The notes under the pieces were generated by a model. It did no database searches. It saw nothing but the letters and a program-made list of their open reading frames with translations, and was not told the origin of the DNA. A DNA stretch of 64,000 nucleotides from Lama guanicoe (taxonomy: Eukaryota): contig MU053504.1 of assembly GCA_013239625.1 (NCBI GenBank), positions 2,116,607 to 2,180,606 on the forward strand. The letters are read 5' to 3'. Below are positions 48,715 through 62,061 of the stretch, piece after piece. The number at the start of each line of letters is the position of its first letter. Within the stretch, counting starts at the first letter, position 1. A program made the translations under genes and the position numbers.

Positions 48715-49430
48715 AAAAATGTTTTCTTTTTAAATTGGGGAATAATTGACATTTCCTCAAAGGTACACATCTTAAGCACAGAGCATAGAGCATATATGTG
48801 AGGAAGCACCACACTCAAGACATCAACGTTTCTAGAATCTCGAGGCTCCCTCCCACTCCCTCCCAGTTACTTGCACTCTGGGTCATCGTTTTTTTGACCT
48901 CTATCACAATAGATTAGTTCTGCCTATTCTTCAGCTTCATACAAATGAAATCATACTCTTTTGTCCGGCTCTTTTCACTCAGCATAATGATTTTGAGATC
49001 TATCATGTTTCTTTTAGCAAGTTTATTCTTGTTCATTGCTGTCTAGTATTCCATTATATGGATACATTCTTAACTTGAATTATTCATTCTCTTTTTTCTT
49101 CTGGCTTTTTCAATTTTTTAAAAGTTAAGGTATCATTTATATGCAGTAAAATTCACCTTTTTGAGTACACAGTTCGGTGAGTTTTGACAAATGGACTGTT
49201 TGGTAAACTGCCACCACAATCAAGATATAGAACATTTTCATTCTGCCCTTGATGGATTATTTGGGACTATTTCAAATTGTGCTGGGAATATTCCAGGAGT
49301 AGAATTGCTCCAAGGTTGCTATACCAACTCACCTTCCCACCAGCAGTGTCTGAGAGTGCTGTTCCATGTTTTCATCAAAATTGGTAAATTTTACTTTCTC
49401 TTAACCAGAAAATGTGATTGTTATTTATAG
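48715..49430 (-). mobile_element. Old L1 3' end fragments (L1M family)
   Basis: AT-rich; cttttcactcagcataat, tagtattccattatatgg, aaaattcaccttttt...gagttttgacaaat are typical antisense L1MB/ME ends. Confidence 0.6.
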
Positions 49431-50489
49431 CAAAGAACTCAGTTAACTGTCAAATGCTGAACCTACATGCTGTGATGTGGCAGCAGCAGGGGTTCCAGCC
49501 TGTTTTCTAACTCTCCCATGATGAAATACTTATCTTAATTTTTTCTCAAGTCAGATTCTTTAAAAAGTTAAAGTAGTCACTTTGGAGTTAACTGACTGTA
49601 GGTTACTGGCTTGAGTCCATCTCGTGACAACAGCTCATAACCATCTAGAAAACTTATCATTTCTAAAAAGTCTTTATCCCTGGAATTGAGCACACAGGCA
49701 CCCTACTTTCCAGAAGCAATAAAACTGTTGGTGGTGCAGAAAGGAAGGCATTTAGACAAGGAGTCTATAGCCACGTGGAATCTGGAAACAATCAGGGAGG
49801 GAAGTTGAGTAATGATGGAGAAGTTGCTGTTCTGCAGCCATGAAAATCACGCCTTGAGAGAATCTTAGATGATGTGAAGTTATTCAGTCTATTGTTCAGA
49901 GAAGACGGTTATGGGACAGAAGGTAAGATGCATTCCCACCCAACCCACAAGGGAGTTTGTGTGGGTGCCAAACAGGGCTGCTAGGATTGCCTCCGCCCCT
50001 GCCAGCCCACAGAAGCACAACCGCCCCTGGGAGGGGGGTGGTGACCGCAGCTGCCAGGCTCTGAGTCAGCTGGGCCTGGGGCAGCGGGAGGGGAAGGGGC
50101 CTCACGTGGCTGAGCCTGAGCTGCCTCGTGGGGCCTCCTGGCTCTCAGCCCTGCAGGAAGAGCTGCGTTTGAAAGGACGAATCACATGCTGCCTCGTCCC
50201 CCTGGAGCCTAGCCAAGACATGGGGCCTGGGGCTCCCTGGAGGAGGACTGGAGGAGGGTGCCTCCTGGGTTGAGACTAGGAATACTGGGGAAGGAGGTCA
50301 TTCAACCAGGGTGGGCAGGGAACTCCCAAGGTTGAATTATAGTGGGTAAGCAGGGCAGGGATTATGGCCTCTAGGAGCTGCGGGTGGGGGCTGACTTAGT
50401 CTCTGTGGTGACTTTGAGGGGACACACAAGGGGGAGGGGATGAAACAGGCTGCAATTTATGGACATGAACACCTTGCTCAGCACACGTG

Positions 50490-50660
50490 TAACATCAGGA
50501 AAGTTACTTGATCTCAGTGTCTCGATTTCCTCATCTGTAAAATGAGGGACAGTAAAGTCCCTCCTTCAAAGGGTTGTGGATTGGATCAAATGAGTCAGTA
50601 CATGTAAAGCACTAAGAACAGGGCCTGCCTATGTCAAGTGCCAAGAGTCTGCTATGGCTG
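50490..50660 (+). mobile_element. MIR SINE
   Basis: Core gtctcgatttcctcatctgtaaaatgagg...tgtaaagcactaagaacagggcctg. Confidence 0.7.
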
Positions 50661-53600
50661 TTTTTACTCAGAGCCAACGTGGGGATTACAAGACCAGACA
50701 GGTAAAAAGGATAAGCCTAAAATCAATTAAAAGAAAGGGGCCAGCCTGAGGGTTTTGGACATGCCCCTGGGTGATGGGTTACAAAGGAAAGCCTAGCTGC
50801 TGTGTAGGAGACTGGTGGCTATAGATGGAGTTGGTGGAGACAGAGGAGGAGGAGGCTGTCTGGTGGCTCACACAGGGCAAGGCACCCCTGAGATGGCCCA
50901 GGAAGGTGGAGGCAGATGGAAGAACAAGGCTTGCCCTACTTTGGTCCCTTTTAATCTAGGCCAACCATATCTATTCAATCTCAGTCCACCTGGGCTCTCA
51001 ATAAAGCAGATTCTCTCTTCCTCTTAGATTCCTCCTCTACAATTTGAGAAACAGCTTGACATCCTTATCAGGGAGTCATTCCAAAAATCCACTGCCTGGG
51101 GCTGGCAGATTCCACCTAATTGCCCTCCCCACTTCCAGAAGTAGGGTGTGGCTCAACTGATCTGGTCTGAGGTCTCCTAGTCTCTAAAGTTGATCAATAA
51201 AGGTTTCCAGCTGTCAAAAACCAATGGAGTGGGGAGAGCACTCCCTGTCCCTGGAGGCGTGTAAACAGGACCTGAGGGTTGATTCTGAGGTCCAGGCGAA
51301 GCAGCAGAGTTTCCAAATCCAGGCTGCCCATCAGTAATTCAGGACCCTGCAGTGACACGGGCAGGTGGGGAATGGAATCTACTTTCCAAACTGAGTCAGT
51401 ATCAGTCACCACATGCATCCCAGTGGTGGGCATCAAAGGGGATCAGAAGAGGCGAACACCAGGCTGCCTGCCACTGTGGGGCAGGCCTCCCTCCAGACAT
51501 AGGCAGAGGGCAGTGGAAAGTGGGAGTGTGGGGAAGGGGCTTCAGGCAAACCCCCAACCCAGAGGACCACTGAGAAGAGCAGAGCTGGGGAATAGGGTGA
51601 TGGGCGCCTCTGTCCATAGCCAGAGGAGGAGGAGGGGAAACAACAGCAAAGTGTGTCCCTGGTCCCATCCAGGTAGGTGGGCCAGACCTCAAATCCAGCC
51701 AAGCTGCTTCCTTCAGGACTATTTTTTGTGTGTGTGTGGTGCTTTATTTGCTTTTACTTCTCTTCCTCCTCTCCTGTTTGTCTCTATCTCACACACCTCG
51801 AGTCTCCCTGCAAACTCACATCTGCATCTACTGTGTGCCTGGCCCCACCACGATCTCTAGGGTGACTGCTAGAAAAGCCCGCATGAACATGCACATACCA
51901 GGAAGCCAGTGCTCAGCCTGTCCATCCCCCTGCCTCCAAGCTGCCACCAGACCAGAAGGCCCCACCTGCTTTCTAGCACTGGCCAAGGCCTCTCTGACAC
52001 CTTCTCCTCTCCTGCCTCTGCATTAATAGTTGCCAGCATTTATTGATTTATTGAGCGCCTACTATGTGTCAGGCTCTGCTCTGCCCACTTCACATGCTGC
52101 CTCACTTAACTCACTCGTTAGGCCAAACGTAACAGAAACCCCACACAGTGGTTTAAACAAAATAAACATATGTGCTCCTCACTCAGCAAGAAGGCTCTGC
52201 AGCATCTCAGGGGACCCAGACTCCTTCCTGCCTCACTGTTATCAGCACATGGCTTTTGACCTCAGGGGCACAAGTTGGCTAAGGGCTGCAAAGAGTTGGG
52301 ACTGGCTCCTGAGTCTGCCCCACTTACCTGGACACTACATCCATCTGGGTCCCCACTACTCCAGAGTAGCTCAAGCTAGCTTCTCGTTGCTGTCCCCTCC
52401 ATGTACCTTACACAAGGCTGGCCTCTCCAGTAGCTTGAGACCAGGAGGGGGACTCACTGAGGAGTGGACAGAGGTCAGAATACTATGTTCTAGGCACTAG
52501 TTGGCCCCCAGCAACCAAAGACCTCTGCCAGCATTTTGCTGTATCAGCTGGCAGACATGAGTCCTGGTTGAGAGTGATAGCGACCAGGAACCAGGAAGTG
52601 AGCCAGTATCATCCCAGCCTTGTGGCTGAGGCCCCACACTGTCCCTGGGCCTACCCTTCCACCAACAAATATACTTGGACCTGTGGTTAAAATGCCCACA
52701 TGCCCTGGCCAGCCCTCAGGCTACCTCCTCTAGCCTCTCTTCACTGCCCCTCTGCTCCGGCCCTATGGCCAGAGGGGCCCAGATTGCATACCCTTGGAGG
52801 GCCCTGGCCCTAGAGTCCCTTCCTGGGCTGCCCTGCCCTGCCTTTTACTACTTCAGTCACCAAGAAGTGTGTGTGGGTTAGCTCCAGGCCTGCCTTGTGC
52901 ATGGCCATGGCCAGGGGGAGTGAAGCTGGGCACCATTGCCAGGGTACACCCCACGGGAGACATCACCACAGGTAGACTCTCACAATGGGTGTAAAGTGGG
53001 CAGGGAACGCTAACAGGCAGTCCAGGCAGGAAGGCGTCCCCTAAGTTTTGGTCTGAGCACATTTTGAACGGCAAATAAAAGGGAGCAAAGGGCAGGCCAG
53101 GAAGAGGGAACAGCCAGTGTGGAGCTCTGAGGCCCAGTACACATCTGGGGAGGGTGCAGTAGTTCACATGCCAAGAAATAAAAGATTACGTGTGGGGAGG
53201 TGGGGGGCCAGGGCACCCAGGCAGACAATGAGGCTGACAGGTCTGGGCCAAGCTTCCAACTGGGAAGCCTAGCAATGCCTCTGTCAGGCTTAAGGTCTAA
53301 GTTCTTTATACTTTCGATGGCCTCACTCAAAGAGGGGACAAGGAAGGAGCTTGTCAGAAGTGGGAATGCGAAAGGAAACACTGATCAGCCTACTAAACCC
53401 TATGGGGCTTCATTGGGGCCCAATAAAGTGACTGACCTGCCAGGGACACATAATTGGTGACACGATTGGGACCAGAGTTTTAATCGTTCCACTCCAAACC
53501 GAGTTCAAGTCTTAACTCACTGCGGGAACTCACAACACTGACGTCCCCACACCCCTCAAGCTTCCTAAATACGCGTATTTCTCCTTGAGTCTTCATTCCC

Positions 53601-53679
53601 GGGGGTAAAGTTCAGCCTGGATGTTAACAGGCGCCCCCATGATTCCCACGCATATTGGCCAGTTTTGAAAGATCTCAGA

Positions 53680-54420
53680 CCCCGCGAGCCTCACACGGCT
53701 GGCAGAGGCCGCTGGGGTTCCGAATCCCGCCCGCTGGCGACAACGCAGCCACCTCGCCTCTTCCGAAAGGTCCAAGCGCCGGGTAGCTGCGCCACCTGGC
53801 GGTCGCCGGGAGAGGTGGCCTGGGGCTTAACAGGTCTAAGGCTTCGAGTGGGAAACCCGCGTATCCAGTCAGGGAGTGACCAGCGTGGCCACGCCGTGAG
53901 CTCTGAGCAAGGGGCCTTTGGCCCGACGGTGAAAGTCGCCCGTCGCTGGCACCTGAGGCCCAAACATCAGAAAGCAGCCAGGACCCAGAGCCCGCAATGC
54001 AGCGCGACGTGACGCCCCGCCCACCCTCGGTGCGTCACGTTCAGGCGCGCGCTCGCGACTGACGTGCGCAGGCGCTTAAGACGCCGCGCAACCGCCATTG
54101 CATTCCTGTTGAGGAATGGAGTAGCCGGTTAGTAGACGTCCACGGGCACGGAAGAGGTGAGTGTGACGCCTCGAGGACAGTGGCCTGGGGGTTGCAGGTC
54201 ACACTCAATCTGTGGCGCCCCACCTTAAGCTTGGCTAACTGGGGCAAGCAACTACAACCCCCAAAATCCACTGCGCCGCAAGATTGCGCGAGGCAGTGAC
54301 GTAATGGGTTTTGGCCGCTACCATTTCCCTATGGGGCCGGGGGTAGGGGACGCGGTGGCGAAGGCTGATGTGTTTTTCTCGTGGCTAGAGGGTCACCAGA
54401 GGTCAGCGCCAGGTCTGCGG
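53680..54420 (+). promoter_or_regulatory. CpG-island promoter and non-coding exon 1 of AP5S1 (donor after 54156)
   Basis: CpG rich; NRF1-like TGCGCAGGCGC 54065-54075; ETS CGGAAG 54149-54154; strong donor GAG|GTGAGT at 54157; ZNF143-like ACTACAACCCCCA near 54251; CRE-like TGACGTAA 54297-54304. Confidence 0.7.
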
Positions 54421-54559
54421 GCTCTGGGTGTCAAAGCATCTTCGCGAACTTTACTGTTTAACTAGTTTAAACCCGCAGTCCATTTACCCTTAGCTACAGC
54501 TGTCTGCTTGCTGTCCACGTTTCATCCCCAAGCGGATCACTGAGCCAGCCAGCCACCGC

Positions 54560-54591
54560 TATTATTATTATTACTATTACTATTATTACTA

Positions 54592-54641
<50 letters not shown>
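54560..54641. repeat. (TTA)n microsatellite with TTAC interruptions
   Basis: Long TATTATTATT... run in AP5S1 intron 1. Confidence 0.95.
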
Positions 54642-55285
54642 TAATAGTATTTATTTTGACATGATCTTTAACAGAAAATTTCAAGACTGTTCTTATAAAG
54701 AACTTTCCAATTAAGTTAGTTGCAGGTATGATGCCCCTTTATCTCTATACTTAGAGGTACTCAAGTGTGTATTTTCTGAAAGCAAGGACATTCTCCCACA
54801 TTCAGAATAAGGTAACATTGATCAAGACTATTATCTAACCTGTTATTCATATTTAAATGCTTCCAGTTGTCGTAGTAATGCTGTGTATTGAAACTACCCC
54901 TTTCATGGCCTGGGATCTCATCCAGGATCACAAGTTGCATTCAGCTGTCCTGTCTCTTTGGTCTTCAGTCTGGAGCAGCTCTCCAGTGTCCCTTGACTCT
55001 GATGACTGACATTTTTGAAGATTCCTGACCAGTTGTTTTGTAGAATTGGGTTTAGGGTTGTCTGAGATTTCTAACTAGACTCTATTATCGGCAGAGGTGG
55101 TGCTGACCGGATGCTGTTAGTGTGTCTTGGGTGGCCAAGGAGGACCAGTGACCAGCCACATCAGCCTCCAGACATGCTCCCAGACCTAGCTAGGCCAAAC
55201 CGTTTCTCTGGTTGCCTCCCCTCCTGGGGTTTCACGCTCATCTCACTGAGGTCTCTGGCTTCCTTTTAGTACCCATCCCAGAGCC

Positions 55286-57185
55286 ATGGTCTATGCCTTT
55301 CTCATCCACACCTTGCGGGCCCCGAAGGCTGAGGAGGGCCTTTGCCGAGTGCTCTACTCCTGCTTCTTTGGTGCGGAGAATTCACCTGACGACCCAAGAC
55401 CACGTGGTCCTGAGAGGGACAGGCTCCTCCGAAAGGAGCAGATTTTGGCCACAGCCAGGTAACCACACAATCAGCCCCGCCCATCCCCGGGCCTTCATTG
55501 AATGTACACCTGATTGTGATAGGTTTTTGGGGCGGGGGGAGGGGGCAGACAAGGAGAAACAGGAGGACTCAGAAGCAGAGAGAAAATTTTAGAATAGTGC
55601 TTTCAAAGAGTCTTCCACAGCTGTTCACAAGTACTACATGAAAAAGGATTAAAAATAATAACGCTATTATCATTCTTATTTATATTTATTACAGTTAGCA
55701 TTTATTGAGCTTGTATGGGCTAAGCATTTATGTTGTGAGCATTTCATGTATATGAATTCATTTTATCTTTGAAACAGCCATTTGAAGTAGGTACATTATG
55801 TCCACCTTATACATGAGTAAACTGAGCTACAAAGAGTTTAAGGAATTTAATTTGCCCAAGGTTATACTTCTAGAAAGTGAAAGAACTGGGATTTGAGTGT
55901 AGGCAGGCAGATCCCAGTACAGATTAAACATGCTTTGCAGTGCAGGACTTTTCAGGGTCCTTCACGTGTCTTCAAGCATTATGAATCTCTGAGGAGAGAG
56001 AATGCGGGATATGGGAACTCTGCGCCAAGAGCTTCTGGGATCCAGGAGTACAGTTGGGAAACACTGTTCCATATGGGGAGACTGGCCTTGGACCTTCCCA
56101 TCCCAGACCCAGACTGAACCAGCAGGTGCCAGAATCTCCTGACCCCTCTGCATTCTTGGTGGGGGATTAACACTCTGGGGCAACCCTGGGCCAGCATCTT
56201 GTTATCTTCTTGTTCCTCTGGCATCCTCCCCCTCCTGGCACAGAAAATCAAACATGTTTTTAAGAGCAGCATCTACACGGCCCAAATTGGAATATGATTC
56301 CTGAGGGATCAGAGAGATTTCAAAAGCCTGGATATCCAAATAGAATGTTTTTTTTTTCTTTTTTGTTTGGAGAAGGCTGCAGGGTGGGGTGACGGTGGAG
56401 AGATTGGGCAGCCTGGGTTGGACATGGCTTTTACTCCACTTCTCATCTCTTGTTGAGATGCTGAGGAGGCCTCTGAAGCAGGTGGGGGCAGGATCTTCCC
56501 CTGGTGCCCTTTCCTAGCCCAAGGAGCTGTATTCAAAACCTGCCTTCTCTTGGCCACATGGAGTGAAATGGTTCAGGACCTGGAAGCTGGAGCCTGGATT
56601 TCCATCTGGGCTTATGCTCCCTGCTCTGTGGCCCTGAGTAGGTCACTTAGTCTTTCCGAGGCTCAGTTTCTATATCTCGTCATGGAGATAATGGCAGCTC
56701 CCAGCTCCAGGGTCAGTCCAGGGGATGACAGAAATCAGTAACCCTCTGTTCTCTGCAGGCAGGTGGAGTCTATGTGGCAGCTGCAGCAGCAGGCGTGTGG
56801 CCGGCCTGCCATGGACCTGCAGTCCCAGTCTTCAGATGAGCCAGTGCCCCTGCAGGAGGCCCCATGTGGGGCCTTCCGCCTGGCCGCAGGGGACCCTTTC
56901 CAGGAGCCTCGGACAGTAGTATGGCTAGCTGTGCTCTCATTAGGCTTCACCCTGGTGCTGGATGCCCACGAGAACCTGCTGCTGGCCGAGGGCACACTCC
57001 GACTGCTGGCACGCCTTCTCCTTGACCACCTCCGGCTGCTGGTCCCTGGTGCCAACTTCCTGCTGCGGGCTGACCGCATTGAGGGCATCCTCGCCCGCTT
57101 CCTGCCACATGGTCAACTGCTCTTCCTCAATGACCAGTTTGTCCAGGGTCTAGAGAAGGAATTTAGTGCTGCCTGGCCCCGCTGA
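55286..57185 (+). CDS. AP5S1: AP-5 complex subunit sigma-1, 199 aa
   Basis: Coding exons 55286-55458 (MVYAFLIHTLRAPKAEEGLCRVLYSCFFG...RKEQILATA) and 56759-57185 (RQVESMWQ...FLPHGQLLFLNDQFVQGLEKEFSAAWPR*) = 600 nt. Exon 2 acceptor at 55269. Confidence 0.95.
55690..55900 (-). mobile_element. MIR SINE
   Basis: Antisense core: atttattgagc...ttatacatgagtaaactgag...ttgcccaaggttatac...ctgggatttga. Confidence 0.65.
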
Positions 57186-57866
57186 CCCTTCACTGGGATG
57201 GGACTTCCCAAGAGAGCAAGGAGGGAGGACGGGGGTGGATGGACACACAGCCAGGTAAAGTTTGGCAACTGCCTTCTTCCCAGCCTGCTCCCAGCTCTGG
57301 CCTGCTGCCACATCCAGGACAGATGGATGAGATGTGCTGGCAGCAAAGGGGGCTGGGAGAGAAGGTGGCAGGTAGGAATCATAGAACATCCTGTACCTGG
57401 AACTGCCTCATGACTTATTCAGACCAATGCAGTGGGCCCTGCTTGTCCTTGACCCGACTTTGTCCCATCCCTGCCAGCCAGCCCCAAACAGTCCACCAGC
57501 TGCTAGTGCTGGGGGGTGGTGAGGAACACCTGCTTGGAGCTCAGCCTGCTACTGCTTCCAGATTCATAGTCATCATGGTGCAAAAGCAGGCCCTGAGACT
57601 TCTAGGGTAGGGGAGCTGGCCTCTGCCTTTGTACTCACTTAGGCATCGCTATCAAGGATTTTGTTGGTGAGGGCCTACTCGATGTCCAGCCATGTCACAG
57701 TTCACAAAGGTGTTACTCGTTCAGCAGAGGGGCTCTGTAACTCCTTTTAGGCCCAGCCCACGCCCACTGGCAGCCTTGAGATAATCATGGGCTTCCTTTG
57801 TCTGCAGGGAAGAGGAGGAGCTGTCAGGTGGCTGTGAGAGTTCTGATGATTGTCATTCTCATTTTG

Positions 57867-57872
57867 AATAAA
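57867..57872 (+). terminator. Likely polyadenylation signal of AP5S1
   Basis: AATAAA about 680 nt after the stop. Confidence 0.65.
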
Positions 57873-58099
57873 AAGCAGCGGCTGTGTGATTTCGCCCTCC
57901 ATTTTTTGTGAGTTTGATTAATGCACATCTGCTCCTGTGAGAAAGTGCATCTTTGTATGGCTCTGAGCTGGGTGTCTGAGCTTTTGTGGTCAAGTATGTC
58001 CCCAAGAGGCTTCTTGGGAAGTCTCCACCTCTCGTCCCCCTCACTGCCTGTTTCATTATATGCGTCCTTTGGATGATAGCACTTGCTTCCTCTACCAAA

Positions 58100-58470
58100 A
58101 TGCGGTGGGTTGGTGTGGATTCCCAAGAAGCAGAGCCTGAGACAAGGATTAGGTACAAGCAGTTGATGTTGGAGGTGATCCCAGGAAGCACTTGAAGGGG
58201 AGACAGCCCGTACAGATGTGTTATCAAGGGTGGGTAGAGAGCTTAGCGCCTCTGGGGGCCAGTGCACAATTGTCACCTCTGAATGACTTCACCTAAGGAG
58301 TGAAAGGCTGTGGGTGTTTGCCTGCCACTCCCTTCTGTCCAGTTGTGAGTTGGTCCCAGGAAAAATTCCTTGACTCTTTCTACCCCCATAAAAAGCCCTT
58401 GGGTGGTGTGGAGCTGGGCCTGCCTGTACCATGGTCAGGCCCAAAAGGTTATGGGTAGGGCACCAAACTG
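58100..58470 (+). mobile_element. Old MaLR LTR remnant (MLT1K-like)
   Basis: gaagcagagcctgagacaaggatt...ggaggtgatcccaggaagca motif recognised from memory. Confidence 0.45.
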
Positions 58471-59423
58471 CTGTTAGGGAGTCTTTACTCATTGGTGATT
58501 AAAATTTAGTGGTTATTTAAAATGATTCAATTGGACATCTATTTTCATGACCTACCTGTGACCTGTGAGGTGTGGCTTTCTTGCATGGGCAGAATGGGCC
58601 TCCTAGGTGGTCAGGGTACAGTGTCAGCCCTGTCTCATGCTTGTCAAACATCAGTTGCCCTTTGGCACCCAGGAAGGACCCACCCACACCCAGTTAGGAG
58701 GCAGTACCTGTGATTGGAGTTTCGCCCTTTGAAGTCTGGCCACCAGCCATGCTGTGCTTTCTATCACCAGCATCATTATTGGGACAAGGCCACCTTCTCC
58801 ATTCTAGGATGCCACAAATCACCCTCTGAACTTGAAACCCTGAAGGAACCTCAGTCCATGTATGTGGCATGCTATGCCACTGGAGATGTCCCAGAGGCCA
58901 CCAGTGGGACACCCCTGCCCTATAAAATCTGCTCTCCTGGGCTGCCCCTCCCCTTACTCCAGGCTGGTGGTCCTGGCGGAGTGGCTATATCCTCACAAGA
59001 ACAGGCCCCTCTGGCTTCTGTTAAGGGCGCAAGCATGGCTAGTCTGAACCCTTTGTACCTATTTTTCAAACTGAACTTGAGGAAGAGGGTGAGACCCCAT
59101 TCCCTGGAAGCTGTGGGAAGTTGGGGTTAGTTGAGGCTTGTGACCTTGGTTTCCGTCAGGTGGAGGAAATTGATACACAGAAAATGGCAGAGAGTGAGAC
59201 CCTCCCCGAGGCCACTGAGCCCCTGGTTTCTGTTGTTCCAGGTGCCCAGTTAGTACCTAGGTTTCCTTAATTCCCTGAGTTTGCTCAATGCCCTTTCTGT
59301 ATGTTCCCACTTTTGCCCCAGCACCCCTGAGCCAGGTTTCCACCGCAACTTCGCGTGCTTACTTCACCTTCATTGAGCCTGTCTTGGACCTGACACTCTG
59401 CTAGGTGCTATGCAGGGTACAAG

Positions 59424-60493
59424 ATGACTTGCTGAGATTTTGATTGATTGCACTGAACAGATGCAGGTGAAGTTGGGAAGAACTGACATCTTGACAATAT
59501 TGAGTCGTCTGTCCATGAACAGGAAATATCTTGCCACTTACTTAGTTCTTTGATTTCTTTCATCAGAGTTTTGTAGTTTTCCTCAAGTAGGTCTTGTACA
59601 TGTTTTGTGAGGTTTATGCCTAAGTATTTCATTTTGGGGGGTGTTAATGTAAGTGGTAATATATTTCAAATTCAAATTCCACTTGTTCATCGTTGGTATA
59701 GAGGAAAGTGAATGGTTTCTTAATATTAACCTTATATCCTGCAACCTTGCTATGACTGTTTATTAGTACCAAGAGTTTTTTGGTTGATTCAGATTTTCTA
59801 CATAGATAATCATGTCATCTTTGTTTTATTTCTTCCTTCCCAATTTACTTACCTTTTACTTCCTTTTCTTGTGTTATTGCATTAATTAGGACTCCCAGTA
59901 CCGTGTTGAAAAGGAGTGGTGAGATGGGACATTCTTGCCTTGTTCCTGATTTTAGTGGGAAAGCCTCTAGTTTCTCACCATTAAGTATGATGTTTCATGA
60001 GGTTTGTAGATGTTCTTTATCAGATTGAGGAAGTTCCCCTCTGTTTCTAATTTGCTGAGAGTTTTTATCATGAGTGAATGTTGGATTTTGTCAAATACTT
60101 TTCCTTATCTATTGATATGATCATGTGATTTTTCTTCAGTCTGTTGATGTGATGCCATTAGTTAATGTTGAAATATCAAACCAGCCTTGCTTACCTGGGG
60201 ATGGATTTATCTCCCAGTTGGTGACGGTATATACAGCATTCTTTATACGTTGTTGGATTCTATTTGCTAATAATTGTTGAGGACTTTTACATCGGTTTTC
60301 ATGAGTGATATTGGTCTTCAGTTTTCTTTTCTTGTCATGCCTTTGTCTGGTTTTGGTATTACAGTAATGCTGGCCTCATAGAATGAGTTAGGAAGTGTTT
60401 CTTCTGCATCTGAATCTTCAGGAAGAGATTTTAGCAAATTGGTATATTTTCTTCCCTAAATGTTAGGCAGACTACCAGTGAACCCATTTGGGC
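59424..60493 (-). mobile_element. LINE-1 ORF2 (reverse transcriptase region) fragment, degenerate
   Basis: Minus-strand translation [28 protein letters not shown]...W.DI.CSW is typical L1 ORF2p; antisense L1 sequence continues to about 60493. Confidence 0.9.
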
Positions 60494-60509
60494 CAGCCTT
60501 GAATTTTTT

Positions 60510-60658
60510 TTTTAATTTTTAATTTTTTAAATTTTATTTATTTATTCAGGGGAGTAATTAGGTTAATTTATTTATGTTTCAAGGAGGTACTGGGAATTGA
60601 ACCCAAGACCTTGTGCATGCTAACATGCACTCTACCACTTGAGCTATACCCTCCCCCT
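60510..60658 (-). mobile_element. tRNA-derived SINE (Vic-1-like)
   Basis: Reverse complement GGGGAGGGTATAGCTCAAGTGGTAGAGTGCATG...GGGTTCAATTCCCAGTACCTCC plus tail; 16-bp TSD CAGCCTTGAATTTTTT at 60494-60509 and 60659-60674. Confidence 0.9.
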
Positions 60659-61589
60659 CAGCCTTGAATTTTTTAAATGTTTATTTTTATAAACCAAATT
60701 TTATTTTCTACATAGCTAACATAGTTTAGAAATCAAAATGGTATAAAAGGTTTTTACTGAAAAACTTGGTTCCTCCTCTGTCCTCATCCACCCTATCTTC
60801 CCACTGGCCTGGATAATAGCATTTTAGGTTCCTACACATCTCTCTCTCTCGCTCTTTATACACATGTAAGCAAACATGAACAAGTGTTTTTATTCTACTT
60901 CCAGCTCACACTGTTTTCTTAAAAGGTAGGCTGCCTACTATATATAGGATTCTGCACATGCTTGTTCCACTGAACAGTGTATCCTGAAATAAAAACAAAC
61001 AAACAACAGTGTATCCTGGAGACCTTTTTATAGCAGTACATAGCATTCTTATCCTTTTTTATTCTTATCCATTGTTATACTTCATTTAACAAAGCTGAAA
61101 ATTACTGTGAAATAGTTCACGTTTACAAAAAGGTGCTTAGAATTATATAATGAGCATCTAAGTACCAGTCATTCAACTTAAGGGAAAGAAATGGCATTAA
61201 CTCATTAATTTCTGCTTCTATTTTAATTAAGTGCTTCCTTCTGTTTTTATTTGGTTTGTAACTCTTTAAGGGTGCTTGTTAATTCTTTTGTTTTCAGTCT
61301 TTTTTAAAAATTGGTGTTAGTATTTAAGTTATGAATTTTTTCCTCTGACCACTGCTTTAGCTGTATCCCATAGGTTCTGGGATGTAGGGATTTCACTATT
61401 GATGTCTTCTAGAAAATCTGCAGTTTCATTTTGTCTCATCTTTTAATTCCCTATTTCTATATAACTTCACGAGAACAATATTTCTGAGTTCTTTTATGTT
61501 CAAAAAAAATTTTTGGAGACTTTATACTTGCTTTCTTTGCCTGGGTGACCCAAAGTTTCTTTCTTTCTTTCTTTTTTTTTTAAAGCTCA

Positions 61590-61770
61590 GCATTTTTTTG
61601 GTTTGTTTTTGGGCTTTTTGTTTGTTTGTTTATTTCTTTTGAGGGGGAGATAATTAGGTTTATTTATTTTTTAAATGGAGGTACTGGGGATTGAACCTAA
61701 GACCTTGTACATGCTAAGCACACACTCTACCACTTAGCACACACTCTACCTCTGAATTATACCCACCCCA
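61590..61770 (-). mobile_element. tRNA-derived SINE (Vic-1-like) with internal duplication
   Basis: ggaggtactggggattgaacc...; AGCACACACTCTACC occurs twice (61717-61731, 61736-61750). Confidence 0.85.
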
Positions 61771-61890
61771 CTAAAGATTATTTTCTAGTAATATTACTAG
61801 AATATATCTTTTAGTATAAATGTAGCATGCTTTTTTCAGATGTAGATTGAAATCTTTTTTTTATTTTAGGAACATTTTCCTGAATTACAT

Positions 61891-62061
61891 ATATGTATAT
61901 ATAGTACTTTATATAGTATTATATATATACATAAATATACACACACACACATATATAAAGTATAGTACTTTATTATTTTTTTTAATGGAAGTACTGGGGA
62001 TTGAACCCAGGAGCTCATGAATACTAAGCATGTCCTCTACCACTGAGCTATACCCACCACC
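61891..62061 (-). mobile_element. tRNA-derived SINE (Vic-1-like) with TA/CA-expanded tail
   Basis: gtactggggattgaacccagg...tctaccactgagctataccc; flanked by CCTGAATTACAT (61879-61890) and CCTGAATTATAT (62062-62073). Confidence 0.85.

Noticed and set aside
56755..56762. Tandem acceptor CAG-GCAG at AP5S1 exon 3
   Set aside because: The second AG is 4 nt downstream and would shift frame; only the first gives the known protein.
59408..59632. ORF with reverse-transcriptase-like sequence
   Set aside because: Short, disrupted LINE-1 ORF2 fragment, not an intact or domesticated gene.
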